The notes under the pieces: generated by a model
Databases searched by the model: none
Told to the model about the DNA's origin: nothing
Seen by the model: the letters and a program-made list of their open reading frames with translations, nothing else
Assembly (NCBI GenBank): GCA_044225175.1
Contig: JBGAJA010000002.1
Span: 146,917 to 210,916 of the forward strand
From: Candidatus Omnitrophota bacterium
Lineage (GTDB): Bacteria > Omnitrophota > Gorgyraeia > Zapsychrales > Fredricksoniimonadaceae
DNA: 64,000 nucleotides
Direction: 5' to 3'
Program-made: the position numbers and the translations under genes
Shown here: positions 1-10,093 of the stretch, piece after piece
Layout: every line of letters starts with the position of its first letter
How positions within the stretch are numbered: position 1 is the stretch's first letter

Positions 1-96
1 TAAAATAGTCATTCCTCCAGTAATTAGTACTCCGCCACAAATCTTGGCGGATCCGCCACAATGTATGGCGGGAAAGTGTTCTATTATCCCTAAATT

Positions 97-1827
97 CTAT
101 TTCTTGTCAATAATCTGTTGTTTAAGCTTGGTTAAAAGGGTTGGGACATCCATCGCCCCTAAATCGCCCCCGCCATGAGCTCTTAATGAAACTTGTTTGC
201 TTTGAACTTCCTTTTCTCCAAGAATAATCTGATAAGGGATCTTAAGCATGGAGCCTTCACGAATTCTTTTGGATAACGATTCATTGCGGCTGTCCACGCT
301 GACTCTAAATCCTGCCGCTTTGAGCTCTTGACTGACTTCTTGGGCGAAAGCATTTTGTTCTTCTCTAATGGGTATGATCAAGATCTGATTAGGAGCAAGC
401 CATAGAGGAAAATGTCCGGCATAATGTTCAATTAATGTTCCGATGAATCTCTCCAACGACCCTAAAATAGCACGATGCAACATAATCGGCCTGACTTGCG
501 CGCCCGTTTCATCGATGTAGTTCATCTCAAAACGTTCAGGCAAGTTAAAATCACATTGAATGGTACCGCATTGCCATTGACGACCAATGGCATCTTTTAG
601 TTTAATATCGATCTTAGGACCATAGAATGCGCCGCCGCCTTCATCCACATCATATTTAATTCCTTTGGTCTCAAGAGCATCTTTTAACGCAGCGGTTGCC
701 TTGTCCCAATTTTCTTGGGCCCCCATAGAATCTTTAGGTTGAGTGGAAAGTTCAATGTGCAAATCGTGAAAACCAAAATCGTTCATGGTTTCAAATATAA
801 AATCAATGACTTTCAAAACTTCCGACTTAATTTGATCTGGACGTATAAATAAATGTGCGTCATCCTGAGTAAATCCTCGTACGCGAAGAAGCCCATGCAA
901 AACCCCCACCTTCTCTTGACGATACACAGTGCCTAATTCGAAATAACGAATGGGCAAATCGCGATAAGAACGCACTTGGGATTTATAAATCAAAATGTGC
1001 CCTGGGCAATTCATAGGTTTGACGGCGTAATCTTCTTCATCCACCTTAAAGTAGTACATGTTTTCTTTGTAATGACCAGAGTGCCCTGAAACATCCCAAA
1101 GCTTACCCTTAAGAATATTGGGAGTAACGACCAATTTGTACTCATGCTTCAAATGTTGTTCGCGAAGATAGTCTTCAATGACTTTACGAAGCATGGCGCC
1201 ATTAGGATGATAAAACACTAACCCTGCACCAGCAGTGTCATGGTAAATATGAAATAAATCTAGTTGTGTTGCGATCTTGCGATGGTCGCGCTTGGCAGCT
1301 TCTTCTAGCATCTTTAAATATTCATCGAGTTCTTTTTGAGAACCAAAGGCAGTTCCATAAATGCGCTGAAGCATGGCATTTTTCTCATCACCACGCCAAT
1401 ATGCACCTGCAACGGAAAGTAATTTAAAACCTTTGATCGCACTCACATTCTCAACATGAGGACCTTTGCATAAATCCAGCCATTGATCGCCTGTTTTATA
1501 AATTGTCACTTCTTGATCTGGGAGGCGTTCAATTAAATCAACTTTGTATGTTTCATTCTTAGAACGGAAGAACTCAATTGCCTTTTGGCGTGGCCATGAT
1601 TCAAAAGACATGGCTGGTTTCTTTTCAATGATTTGACGCATCCTCTTTTCGATTGCTTTTAAATCTTCGTCGGAAAATGACTCTTTTCGATCAAAATCAT
1701 AATAAAAACCATTATCAATCGCAGGACCTATCGTGACCTTTGTTTCAGGCCAAAGCTCTTGCACAGCCTGAGCCATGACGTGTGCACAGGTGTGGCGAAT
1801 TTTATCTATATCTTTTGAGTAATCCAT
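97..1827 (-). CDS. thrS: Threonine--tRNA ligase. At 576 aa it is short and lacks the N-terminal TGS region.
   Basis: The ORF translation has class II aaRS motifs and typical ThrRS editing and catalytic regions (HxxxH zinc site, 'GPHV', 'RPIMLHRAILGS'). Confidence 0.88.
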   Translation of the reverse strand: MDYSKDIDKIRHTCAHVMAQAVQELWPETKVTIGPAIDNGFYYDFDRKESFSDEDLKAIEKRMRQIIEKKPAMSFESWPRQKAIEFFRSKNETYKVDLIERLPDQEVTIYKTGDQWLDLCKGPHVENVSAIKGFKLLSVAGAYWRGDEKNAMLQRIYGTAFGSQKELDEYLKMLEEAAKRDHRKIATQLDLFHIYHDTAGAGLVFYHPNGAMLRKVIEDYLREQHLKHEYKLVVTPNILKGKLWDVSGHSGHYKENMYYFKVDEEDYAVKPMNCPGHILIYKSQVRSYRDLPIRYFELGTVYRQEKVGVLHGLLRVRGFTQDDAHLFIRPDQIKSEVLKVIDFIFETMNDFGFHDLHIELSTQPKDSMGAQENWDKATAALKDALETKGIKYDVDEGGGAFYGPKIDIKLKDAIGRQWQCGTIQCDFNLPERFEMNYIDETGAQVRPIMLHRAILGSLERFIGTLIEHYAGHFPLWLAPNQILIIPIREEQNAFAQEVSQELKAAGFRVSVDSRNESLSKRIREGSMLKIPYQIILGEKEVQSKQVSLRAHGGGDLGAMDVPTLLTKLKQQIIDKK

Positions 1828-1840
1828 AGGAGTGTAGGAA

Positions 1841-1917
1841 TGGTGGACCCGACAAGACTCGAACTTGTGACCTTTTCCATGTCAAGGAAACGCTCTAACC
1901 AACTGAGCTACGGGTCC
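1841..1917 (-). tRNA. tRNA-Val (anticodon GAC), CCA encoded
   Basis: Reverse complement folds as a cloverleaf: acceptor ggacccg/cgggtcc, anticodon arm tttcc-ttgacat-ggaaa, T-arm acaag-ttcgagt-cttgt, 3' CCA. Confidence 0.8.
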
Positions 1918-1928
1918 TTTTAAAATAG

Positions 1929-2012
1929 TGGGCGGGGAGGGAATTGAACCCTCACGGCCTTGCGGCCACAGGATTTTAAGTCCTGCGTGTATACCAATTC
2001 CACCACCCGCCC
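1929..2012 (-). tRNA. tRNA-Leu (anticodon TAA), type II with a long variable arm
   Basis: Reverse complement: acceptor gggcggg/cccgccc, anticodon arm cagga-cttaaaa-tcctg, long variable arm gccgcaaggccgt, T-loop ttcaatt. Confidence 0.75.
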
Positions 2013-2035
2013 GTTGGTGCTACATGTTTCTATAT

Positions 2036-2110
<75 letters not shown>

Positions 2111-2114
2111 ATCA

Positions 2115-2645
2115 TTACTTCTTTAAAACAACTTTAACTATATCTTCAACCTCAGCTAAGTGGCCGACTCCTGTGATTCCGCAGGCGAGTTTGCCCTTAA
2201 TGGGTTCTATAAATTTGATGCCGTGTTTTTTAAGTTTTGCACAATTATCTTGGACAATTGTATTGTTGTACATATCTTCATTCATAGCCGGAGCTATGAA
2301 TACGGGGGATTTCATACTGATGACTAATGTTGTAAGTAAGTCATCTGCCATTCCTGATGCTAATTTGGCAATGATGTTAGCTGTTGCAGGTGCAATGACA
2401 AGGGCATCTGCTTTAGCTAACTCCAAATGGCTCATCTTCCAGCCGTCTTTTTCAAACATATCTGTAGAAACATCTTTGCCGCTTAAACTTGCCAGAGTTA
2501 ATGGTGTGATAAATCGTTCTGCTTCTTTGGTCATCACGACGGAGACATCGCATTTTTGATCTTGAAAACGACGAATTAGATCGCCTGCTTTATAAGCTGC
2601 AATGGACCCCGTCACACCTAAAATTATTCTCTTTGGCGCAGACAT
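2115..2645 (-). CDS. coaC: Phosphopantothenoylcysteine decarboxylase-like flavoprotein (stand-alone CoaC domain, 176 aa)
   Basis: Flavoprotein-family motifs: 'GVTGSIAAYK', 'PAMN', 'ACGxxG'. It overlaps the rpoZ stop by 1 nt. Confidence 0.7.
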   Translation of the reverse strand: MSAPKRIILGVTGSIAAYKAGDLIRRFQDQKCDVSVVMTKEAERFITPLTLASLSGKDVSTDMFEKDGWKMSHLELAKADALVIAPATANIIAKLASGMADDLLTTLVISMKSPVFIAPAMNEDMYNNTIVQDNCAKLKKHGIKFIEPIKGKLACGITGVGHLAEVEDIVKVVLKK

Positions 2646-2896
2646 TACTTTGTTTTACGTGTTGGTTTGGGTGGTGTTGGTGTTGTTTCTCTGGTATGAA
2701 CACCGCTTTGATCATAAACTCTGCCTTGTCTAATTTCTTCTAAAGCAGTAGTTGCAATTTTTTGATCTATTGGAGATGTGATCATTTTACCGCCAGTTTC
2801 TGAGATTTCTAAGGCGCGTCTGGACGCTAAACGGACAAGACGGTAAATACTGAAATTTGCTTTTGGTAATAACTCTTCTAGTGGTTGATACGCCAT
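2645..2896 (-). CDS. rpoZ: DNA-directed RNA polymerase subunit omega
   Basis: 83 aa with the omega signature 'RLASRRALEI', and the right size. Confidence 0.75.
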   Translation of the reverse strand: MAYQPLEELLPKANFSIYRLVRLASRRALEISETGGKMITSPIDQKIATTALEEIRQGRVYDQSGVHTRETTPTPPKPTRKTK

Positions 2897-2967
2897 TAAA
2901 TCCTCCTTAAAACACTTAATACAATAAGAAACAGCCTTTTTATGAAGCGATATTTATAACATATGCT

Positions 2968-4200
2968 CTATGTATTGTCAATTGACTTAGGAGGGTTGAC
3001 AGAAACAGCCTCTGGCCTGTTTACTTCCCCTTGAAATAATCCATAAATCACTACCAATAACAATCCGGATGGCGCTGTAAAAACGGTGTAGATTCCTAAT
3101 GAACAAATCAAATGTGCTAAAAGACACGCAAAAAGAATGTTCAGCATTTTAGTTTTAGGAGTTCGAATATATTGAACAAAAAGATGGCCAATGATAGCCA
3201 TTAAGCTTAAAAAGCCTATAATTCCCATTTCAAACAAAATTTCGAGATAATCATTGTGCACATGTTCATAAAAACGCCCTGAATCTTTGGTGTTTCCTAG
3301 GATCATGGATCCATTCATTTCAAAGAATGGTGACATTTGTGTAAAAGTCCCTAACCCAAATCCTAAAAAAGGGTTGCAGTTTCGAGATTGAAAAGCCATT
3401 TCCATATTGTTATTAGGATCCCTGTATTGAAGGTCTACTTTTCCTTGGTATATGGACTGAATTACAAATTGATAAACATTTAATCTTTCTTGAATACTGT
3501 CTTTGAGTTTATATTCAAATTTTCCCAAGAATATGGCTGTTCCTAATACAATTACACAAGCAACGATCCACAATTTCTTTTTGTTTTTGCTTGCAAGAAA
3601 TAAGCTTGCCGTTCCAAAGGCTACCCATGCAGCAGTTGTTTTGGAACACCACAAACCAAAAATCGTAAAAGGTAATGCCCAGGGAAATAATACTGCTGTA
3701 GCCGGCCCGCTATCTGCCATAAACAAAGCCAATTGATTTTTACTTCCTAGAAATCCAACATTGTCTGAATGTTCCGGGGCATTGGGATTATAGAACAAAG
3801 GGTCCATGTTAAAATATTGTAGAATAACCCAGATTCCTTGAATTAAGGCTGATAAACAAATCGCTTTTACCACCCAAACACGACTCTTTGAATCCAAAAA
3901 ACTTATTCCCCACATGGCCAGTGAACACAAATAAATTTGTAATAGACATACAATAGAGTGTGGTTGTTGCTTTGCGATAAAAACAGTTGAAAAGAGGGCT
4001 AAAAGTGTGAATATTGAAATGTATTTGTTAAAGGCCCAAAGAATTATTGAAGCTGCAATAAAAAATAGCGTTGTTAAAACAAGGTATTGGGGATACCACG
4101 GATCATCTTCAAGTACAGGTAATATCGAAGACAAAGGAACCGCGATAATGCCAAAAATAAGCAGTATAAAAAGCGGCTTTTTCAATGATATCAGGTTCAT
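2968..4200 (-). CDS. Polytopic inner-membrane protein, possibly Wzy/O-antigen ligase family
   Basis: 410 aa with about 10-12 hydrophobic helices and a large loop. The family assignment is a guess from its architecture. Confidence 0.3.
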   Translation of the reverse strand: MNLISLKKPLFILLIFGIIAVPLSSILPVLEDDPWYPQYLVLTTLFFIAASIILWAFNKYISIFTLLALFSTVFIAKQQPHSIVCLLQIYLCSLAMWGISFLDSKSRVWVVKAICLSALIQGIWVILQYFNMDPLFYNPNAPEHSDNVGFLGSKNQLALFMADSGPATAVLFPWALPFTIFGLWCSKTTAAWVAFGTASLFLASKNKKKLWIVACVIVLGTAIFLGKFEYKLKDSIQERLNVYQFVIQSIYQGKVDLQYRDPNNNMEMAFQSRNCNPFLGFGLGTFTQMSPFFEMNGSMILGNTKDSGRFYEHVHNDYLEILFEMGIIGFLSLMAIIGHLFVQYIRTPKTKMLNILFACLLAHLICSLGIYTVFTAPSGLLLVVIYGLFQGEVNRPEAVSVNPPKSIDNT

Positions 4201-4215
4201 TTTAATTGTATGTAA

Positions 4216-4249
4216 AAGACAAGGGCAATCCTAAGATTGCCCTTGTCTT
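4216..4249. terminator. Perfect 15-bp stem / 4-nt loop hairpin downstream of the 4273..4878 gene
   Basis: aagacaagggcaatc-ctaa-gattgcccttgtctt. Confidence 0.5.
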
Positions 4250-4272
4250 AAACTTTAACTTTCAGTTCATTA

Positions 4273-4878
4273 TTAATATTCAGCTACCAGCTGAGTATCC
4301 GAGGTCTGTTCAATGATGTCGGCAATATTATCATTGTTTAAATCATATTCAGTTAAAGGTTTTTGAAAAACTGCTCCCCCTCTAATTGCTGGATAATTAA
4401 CATCATTGGACCAAATTGTGCTTCCATTTAATCCGCTTAATAAATTCTGTTGTCTATAGATTGTAAAGCTTGAAGTGGGGTTATCAAAGATGGCATAAAT
4501 ATCATCTATATGATCGCCATTTTTGTCTGGAACAGCTTGAAGATTAACCAATCTTCGTGCGGTAGAACCAGAGGCTGCGGTGGTAAAGACACGGAACCAA
4601 CTTGCTGATCCGCCCACAGGATTTAAAAAATAAACTGTAGATACGCTTTGACTTGGGCTAGAAACATGTGATCCAACAACTATTCCATATAAAGAATCTT
4701 GTAATACCAAAGACGGATAGTGAACATCACGTTTTTTTCTTAAATAATCAAAAGCTTTTACTGTTGCTCCGGAAGTCGTATTAAAAGTCCATAAAATGTG
4801 AGGGGCGGCAGACGCTTTGCCAGGTACAAATGCTCCTAAAAACACTGCTATTAAAACTAAGCTGATCTTTGTTCTCAT
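4273..4878 (-). CDS. Secreted hypothetical protein (signal peptide)
   Basis: N-terminus MRTKISLVLIAVFLGAFVPGKASA|A; no recognizable family. Confidence 0.4.
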   Translation of the reverse strand: MRTKISLVLIAVFLGAFVPGKASAAPHILWTFNTTSGATVKAFDYLRKKRDVHYPSLVLQDSLYGIVVGSHVSSPSQSVSTVYFLNPVGGSASWFRVFTTAASGSTARRLVNLQAVPDKNGDHIDDIYAIFDNPTSSFTIYRQQNLLSGLNGSTIWSNDVNYPAIRGGAVFQKPLTEYDLNNDNIADIIEQTSDTQLVAEY

Positions 4879-4962
4879 GAATTATTTCTCCTTGATATTG
4901 TTAATAATCTGTAGCGAAATATAGCATTCCAGTTGGTTTTATTCAATCTAATTAGTTCGAAC

Positions 4963-5571
4963 TTAAGTTTTCTTTAAAATCTTGGCTACCAGGCTTTCTA
5001 AATCTTTCTTGGCTTTATCCAAGTTGCCATTGATGATCACATGATCGTAATCTTTAGAGCTTTTAAGCTCTTGGGTGGCTACTTTAAGTCTTAAGGCGAG
5101 TGTTTCTTGGGTTTCTGAGGCCCGTAATTTAAGGCGTTTGTGGAGTTCTTTCATAGAAGGGGGTTTAATAAAAATCTTGATGGCTTGTGGAAATTCTTGG
5201 GCAATGTACTGGGCCCCTTTGACATCAATGCACAATAAAACATGCTTTCCCTTCTTTAATAAATTAAGGACTTGGATTTTAGGAGTTCCATAGAAATTAT
5301 CAAAGACTTTCTCCCACTCTAGAAAATAACCGCGAAGAATCCTTCTGGCAAAAATCTGAGGAGTTAAAAAGATATAATCCTTACCGTCACGCTCTCCCTC
5401 ACGTTTAGGACGTGTAGTTGCCGAAATCGACTTAACTAGCTTTTCTTTAAGTTTAGGGGAAGCTAAGAGCTCTTTGTGCAATGTGGTTTTACCTGAACCG
5501 GATGGGCCAGAGAGGATGATGATCTTTCCCTTAAGAGCATTTTGCAAATGTCTTTGTTTCTTACTCAACAT
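4963..5571 (-). CDS. gmk: Guanylate kinase
   Basis: 'GPSGSGKTTL' P-loop and 'TTRPKREGE' motif. Confidence 0.9.
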   Translation of the reverse strand: MLSKKQRHLQNALKGKIIILSGPSGSGKTTLHKELLASPKLKEKLVKSISATTRPKREGERDGKDYIFLTPQIFARRILRGYFLEWEKVFDNFYGTPKIQVLNLLKKGKHVLLCIDVKGAQYIAQEFPQAIKIFIKPPSMKELHKRLKLRASETQETLALRLKVATQELKSSKDYDHVIINGNLDKAKKDLESLVAKILKKT

Positions 5572-6379
5572 TGTTGGCTTGCTCCCTGATCTTTTCTACT
5601 TTGGATTTGAGAGCAATCACAGCTGCAGACACGTCTTTGTCCTGGACCTTTGAACCAATGGTATTGGTTTCTCTTTGCATTTCTTGGGCAATGAAATCCA
5701 ATTTTTTCCCGGCTTCAGTCGTTTTAAAGAGGGCCTTAGCTTGATCAATGTGGTGGACTAGTCTCGAGAGCTCTTCATGAATATCGTTGCTCTTTTGGAA
5801 ACTCAAAAATTCATCCGGCGTCAGTTTTGCTTTTTTCTCTTTAAGTAAAAAATTAGCACGATTCTTGATCTGAGTGATTCTCCCTGACATCCTCTTTAAT
5901 TGTTCGTTAATATCTGCCACTAGAGACTTTCCTTCCTTCTTTCTCATACTAACAACTGCAGTGACCGTCTTTTCGATGGTTTTCTCCAAAGAAGCCCATA
6001 TCTGCTGAGCTTCAATAAAAGTCTCTTTGGTCTCTACCACTCCTGGCATCTTAAGCAAGTCGCCCGTCGTCAAATCATTTTTAAGGTTCATTTCTTTAGA
6101 AAGCATTCGGGCAATGTCTACATATCGCTTCAAAGCTTCTTTATTTAAACTAATCGTCATCTGAGGCTTATCGGTAATCCTCACGGACACCGTCACCCTT
6201 CCTCGCTTGATCTGACGAGCCACTATCTTTTGGATTTTTTCTTCATAAGAAGAAAATCCCGACGGTAAATAATAAACCACATCTAAATACCGGTGGTTGA
6301 CGCTTTTAATCTCGACTGTGATCTTAACTTTATTAAACACCAAATCTGTACTGCCAAACCCTGTCATTCCATTAACCAT
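5561..6379 (-). CDS. yicC: YicC-family stress-induced protein
   Basis: N-terminal 'MTGFG' and YicC-like topology. It overlaps gmk by 11 nt, the usual yicC-gmk arrangement. Confidence 0.65.
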   Translation of the reverse strand: MVNGMTGFGSTDLVFNKVKITVEIKSVNHRYLDVVYYLPSGFSSYEEKIQKIVARQIKRGRVTVSVRITDKPQMTISLNKEALKRYVDIARMLSKEMNLKNDLTTGDLLKMPGVVETKETFIEAQQIWASLEKTIEKTVTAVVSMRKKEGKSLVADINEQLKRMSGRITQIKNRANFLLKEKKAKLTPDEFLSFQKSNDIHEELSRLVHHIDQAKALFKTTEAGKKLDFIAQEMQRETNTIGSKVQDKDVSAAVIALKSKVEKIREQANNVE

Positions 6380-6396
6380 GATTTCTCCTAAAAATC

Positions 6397-6840
6397 TTAA
6401 TTTAAAATCTCACTTTTTTTAAACCACAAAGGAATTTCTCGACGGGACTCTTCGGGGGAACTCGATACATGAACTACGTTTTCGAACAATCCCTTGGTGG
6501 TAATCCTTCCGTATTTACCCCTGATAGACCTGGGGTCAGCTTCTTCGGGGTTTGTTGCCCCAGCAATGGTGCGGCACCTTTTGACTACATCTTTGCCTTC
6601 AAACACCATGGCAACCACAGGGGAGCCGTTGTGAAACTTTCCTGTCAAATAGTCTACGATTTGCTTATAAAAAAATTTATCCTTAAGAAGAATGTAATGT
6701 TTTTTAACGAGGCTGTTGGAGGGTTTAACAATCTTGAGGGCCACAATTTTTAAATCACTATGAATAAATTGATTAAGGATGTCTCCTGCAATGGCCTTTT
6801 GCATTCCTTCAGGTTTAATTAAAACCAAAACTTGTTCCAT
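6397..6840 (-). CDS. ndk: Nucleoside diphosphate kinase
   Basis: 'IKPEG', 'RGxxGATNP', 'NxxHxSDS'-type motifs. Confidence 0.9.
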   Translation of the reverse strand: MEQVLVLIKPEGMQKAIAGDILNQFIHSDLKIVALKIVKPSNSLVKKHYILLKDKFFYKQIVDYLTGKFHNGSPVVAMVFEGKDVVKRCRTIAGATNPEEADPRSIRGKYGRITTKGLFENVVHVSSSPEESRREIPLWFKKSEILN

Positions 6841-6872
6841 GGTAATCCCTCTTATTTTTCTATGAGCGTTAA

Positions 6873-7793
6873 TTATACCCCTTTGGGCCCTCTTATAATT
6901 TCCAAAATTCTATCTAAATCATCGAGGGTGTAGTATTCAATAATAAGCTTGCCCTTGCCCTTCTTGTCTTCAACAAGAACTTTTGTTCCAAGAACCGTGC
7001 GTAATTCATCCTCGAGATTAGTAATGTCTGGGTCTTTGGCTTTCTGGGTCTTGCTTTTATTTGGGGTTTTAGTTGATGCTTGACGGACCAATCCTTCCAC
7101 GGAACGAACAGATAAACTTTGTTCAGTGATTTGAGTGGCCATTTTTAATTGAGCTTCTTCGCTATTCAATGCCAGAAGCGCCCTCGCATGGCCCATAGAA
7201 ATCTTCTCTTGAATGATTTGATCTTGAATTTTAATGGGGAGTTTAAGTAGTCTTAGTGTGTTAGCGACAGTTGTCCGGTCTTTTCCGACTGCTTGGGCGA
7301 TTTGATCTTGGGACAAGTGGAAACTGTCTTCTAATCGTTGAAAGGCTTTAGCCTCGTCGATAACATTCAGGTCTTGCCTTTGAATGTTTTCGATTAGAGC
7401 CAATAAAAGCGTCTCACTATCCGAAACTTCTTTAATAATAGCTGGGATGACGGTGAGCCCTGCTTTCTTGGACGCTCGCAATCGACGCTCACCCATGACA
7501 ACTTCATAAATTCCTGCATCTTTGGAAGGTCGTACCATGATGGGCTGTAAAATCCCTTTTTCTTTGATGGAAGCGGTCAGCTCATTAAGGGAGTCTTCAT
7601 CATAATTTTGTCGAGGCTGAAAGGGATTGTAATGAATATTTTCAATATATAACATCTGAGGGGTCAAATTAAACATGCCTTCTAGTTCTTGGCCTCCATC
7701 CTTTTCCTGAATGTGTTCTATTTTAACTTTCGCTTTTTCCTGAGCCTGTGAAATCAGCGCTGATAAACCCTTACCTAAAGCTTTATTTTCCAT
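6873..7793 (-). CDS. parB: Chromosome partitioning protein ParB/Spo0J
   Basis: ParB box 'VVMGERRLRAS', HTH, and origin-proximal position next to parA. Confidence 0.85.
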   Translation of the reverse strand: MENKALGKGLSALISQAQEKAKVKIEHIQEKDGGQELEGMFNLTPQMLYIENIHYNPFQPRQNYDEDSLNELTASIKEKGILQPIMVRPSKDAGIYEVVMGERRLRASKKAGLTVIPAIIKEVSDSETLLLALIENIQRQDLNVIDEAKAFQRLEDSFHLSQDQIAQAVGKDRTTVANTLRLLKLPIKIQDQIIQEKISMGHARALLALNSEEAQLKMATQITEQSLSVRSVEGLVRQASTKTPNKSKTQKAKDPDITNLEDELRTVLGTKVLVEDKKGKGKLIIEYYTLDDLDRILEIIRGPKGV

Positions 7794-7822
7794 GGGCGTC
7801 TCCCCTCAATTAACATGATTAT

Positions 7823-8620
7823 CTAATTGCTTTTGTGATCCCCTAAAACACTTGGCTTTTGTTCTATATTTGCCAAAAATTCTTTAGCCATTTCTCTGTA
7901 TTTAACCGCACCCGCTGAGCTTGGATCATAAATATGAATAGGCTTACCAAAACTAGGGGCTTCGCTTAAACGAATGTTTCTGGGAATTACCGATTGATAA
8001 ACTTTTTCATTGAAAAAGTTCTTAATCTCTTTAATAACTTCATTGGTTAAGTTGGTTCTGTAATCCGCCATGGTCATTAAGACGCCTTCTATTTCCAGAC
8101 TGGAATTCAAACTATCTTTGACAAGATTTATCGTGTTTAATAAACCACTTACTCCTTCCAAAGCATAAAATTCACATTGAATAGGTATAATAATGCTGTC
8201 TGCTGCTACAAGTGTATTTAATGTTAAAAGTCCCAGGGATGGTGGTGAGTCAATAAAAACAAAATCAAAATTTTCTTTAACAGAGTCAAGTGCTTTTTTA
8301 AGCCTCGTTTCACGAGACATGGCACCCACTAGCTCTATTTCTGCTCCAGTTAGATTGATATTACATGGCGCTATACTCAAATTCGCATAAGCTGTTTGAA
8401 GAATGGTATCGATGATATTATTTTTATGAATAAGCACGTCATAAATGGATGTTTTAATTTCGTTTTTGTTAATCCCCACCCCGCTAGTAGCATTGCCTTG
8501 GGGATCCATATCAACGATTAAAACTCTCTTTCCCATTTCAGCTAGAACTGCGGAAAGATTTACAGAGGTCGTGGTTTTACCAGTTCCCCCTTTTTGATTA
8601 CATATAGCAATTATTTTCAT
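7823..8620 (-). CDS. parA: Chromosome partitioning ATPase ParA/Soj
   Basis: Deviant Walker A 'KGGTGKTT' at the N-terminus, as in the ParA/MinD family. Confidence 0.85.
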   Translation of the reverse strand: MKIIAICNQKGGTGKTTTSVNLSAVLAEMGKRVLIVDMDPQGNATSGVGINKNEIKTSIYDVLIHKNNIIDTILQTAYANLSIAPCNINLTGAEIELVGAMSRETRLKKALDSVKENFDFVFIDSPPSLGLLTLNTLVAADSIIIPIQCEFYALEGVSGLLNTINLVKDSLNSSLEIEGVLMTMADYRTNLTNEVIKEIKNFFNEKVYQSVIPRNIRLSEAPSFGKPIHIYDPSSAGAVKYREMAKEFLANIEQKPSVLGDHKSN

Positions 8621-8633
8621 ATTACCTCCCTAT

Positions 8634-9119
8634 CTAGCAAGCTCCTGCAAATAATCCAACTCCAAAACAAGCACTTTGATTATTTGATCCGTCACCACTC
8701 AGAACTAGAATATCTTCAGCATTAGTAACTGATGTTGCGGCTATTGTCCATCCCTGACTGTCAGTGTCTATATTATACTCGTTTCCAGACATTGTGATGT
8801 ATTCATCAAAAATTTGGTATTTGAAATTAGGACTTCCTGGTGTTATATAATCCCAACACTGTGTGGGAGGTCCTCCCGTGAAGTTGCTAGAACAATGCTC
8901 CTGAGAAGAAAAACAGGCGTTTTCTGTCCCCACATGCGCTCTTAAACACGGGACTAACCATGACTTGATGGATGCTGCTGTCAACATTGCTTCTGCACTT
9001 TGACTTCTTTTAATCCAGCTAAAATACGCTGGTATAGCTAAAGATGCGAGCAATCCAAGAATGATTAGCACAACAATTAATTCAATGAGTGTGAAGCCTT
9101 TTGCTTTATTTTTTTTCAT
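8634..9119 (-). CDS. Type IV pilin / pseudopilin (class III prepilin signal)
   Basis: N-terminus KG|FTLIELIVVLIILGLLASLAIP (G-FTLIE motif). The C-terminal part is Cys-rich. Confidence 0.7.
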   Translation of the reverse strand: MKKNKAKGFTLIELIVVLIILGLLASLAIPAYFSWIKRSQSAEAMLTAASIKSWLVPCLRAHVGTENACFSSQEHCSSNFTGGPPTQCWDYITPGSPNFKYQIFDEYITMSGNEYNIDTDSQGWTIAATSVTNAEDILVLSGDGSNNQSACFGVGLFAGAC

Positions 9120-9136
9120 GTCCTTAAAAAATGTTG

Positions 9137-9583
9137 TTAGTCTTTGTCGTACTGTGTTTTATTTTTAGTATAAAAATCCACTAGTACATTCACACGTTTT
9201 AAAAAATCTTCTGCTAGCTCATCCCCTGGACGACTGGTAATAAGTCTTTTAGTCTTTCCTTCAATCACATCATCTAATTCTTTGATAATTCTTCCAAAAG
9301 GTCCCACAATACGATGTGAAATTACAAATGAGAAAATCATTGATAATAAAATGATGAAACAAAGTAAAAAAATAATTGTACCTGTAAAGGTGTAAACAAG
9401 ATTTGTTATTGAGCTGACGGAGCTATGAAAAACAGCCTGACTAATGATAGGGTTTCCTATAAAAACAATGGTGATGAATGCTAGAAAAATGAGTGTTGAG
9501 GGTAAAAAACTAAGTAAAACTATTTTATCTTGATACTTGTTAGCGGTTGAAAAAACATTTCTTTTTTTTGATTTATTTGTCAT
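9137..9583 (-). CDS. Small 2-TM membrane protein with a stand-alone HAMP-like domain (paralog A)
   Basis: Two hydrophobic helices, then 'HRIVGPFGRIIKELDDVIEGKTKRLITSRPGDELAEDFLKRVNVL', which matches the HAMP consensus (P-L/F, xGDLxxRI, DEIGxLAxxFNxM). Confidence 0.5.
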   Translation of the reverse strand: MTNKSKKRNVFSTANKYQDKIVLLSFLPSTLIFLAFITIVFIGNPIISQAVFHSSVSSITNLVYTFTGTIIFLLCFIILLSMIFSFVISHRIVGPFGRIIKELDDVIEGKTKRLITSRPGDELAEDFLKRVNVLVDFYTKNKTQYDKD

Positions 9584-9628
9584 TCTAACCCCTTGTCTAT
9601 ATATCGTATTTCTATAACTTTTGCTATT

Positions 9629-10063
9629 CTAAGACTTATGTTTTACATAAAATTCAACTAAAATATTCACTCTTTTAAGAAGAGATGCCGCTAAATCATC
9701 CCCTGGACGACTGGTAATAAGTTTTTTGGATTTTCCCGCGATAATATCATCTAGTTCTTTATTGATTCTTCCAAAAGGTCCTACGATATGATGCGAGATT
9801 ACAAAAGATATCATGATTGATACAAGCATGATTAAACATAATAAGAATATAATTATGCCCGTAAATACGTATACCATCTTTGTCATCGACGGTATGGATG
9901 TATGGAAAATGGCTTTGGTAATGACAGGGTTTCCTATGAATACAATCCCTATGAAAGCAAAAAATATTAACATTGAAGGAAGAAAGCTTAATAGAATAAT
10001 TTTATTTTGATATGGATTTGCTGTTAAAAAAATATTACGTGCTGGTTTTTTAGGCGTTGTCAT
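9629..10063 (-). CDS. Small 2-TM membrane protein with a stand-alone HAMP-like domain (paralog B, tandem duplicate)
   Basis: Co-linear with 9137..9583 over its whole length; the same HAMP-like motif is present. Confidence 0.5.
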   Translation of the reverse strand: MTTPKKPARNIFLTANPYQNKIILLSFLPSMLIFFAFIGIVFIGNPVITKAIFHTSIPSMTKMVYVFTGIIIFLLCLIMLVSIMISFVISHHIVGPFGRINKELDDIIAGKSKKLITSRPGDDLAASLLKRVNILVEFYVKHKS

Positions 10064-10093
10064 CTGTATCTCCTTTATTTAATCTCTTGACCA

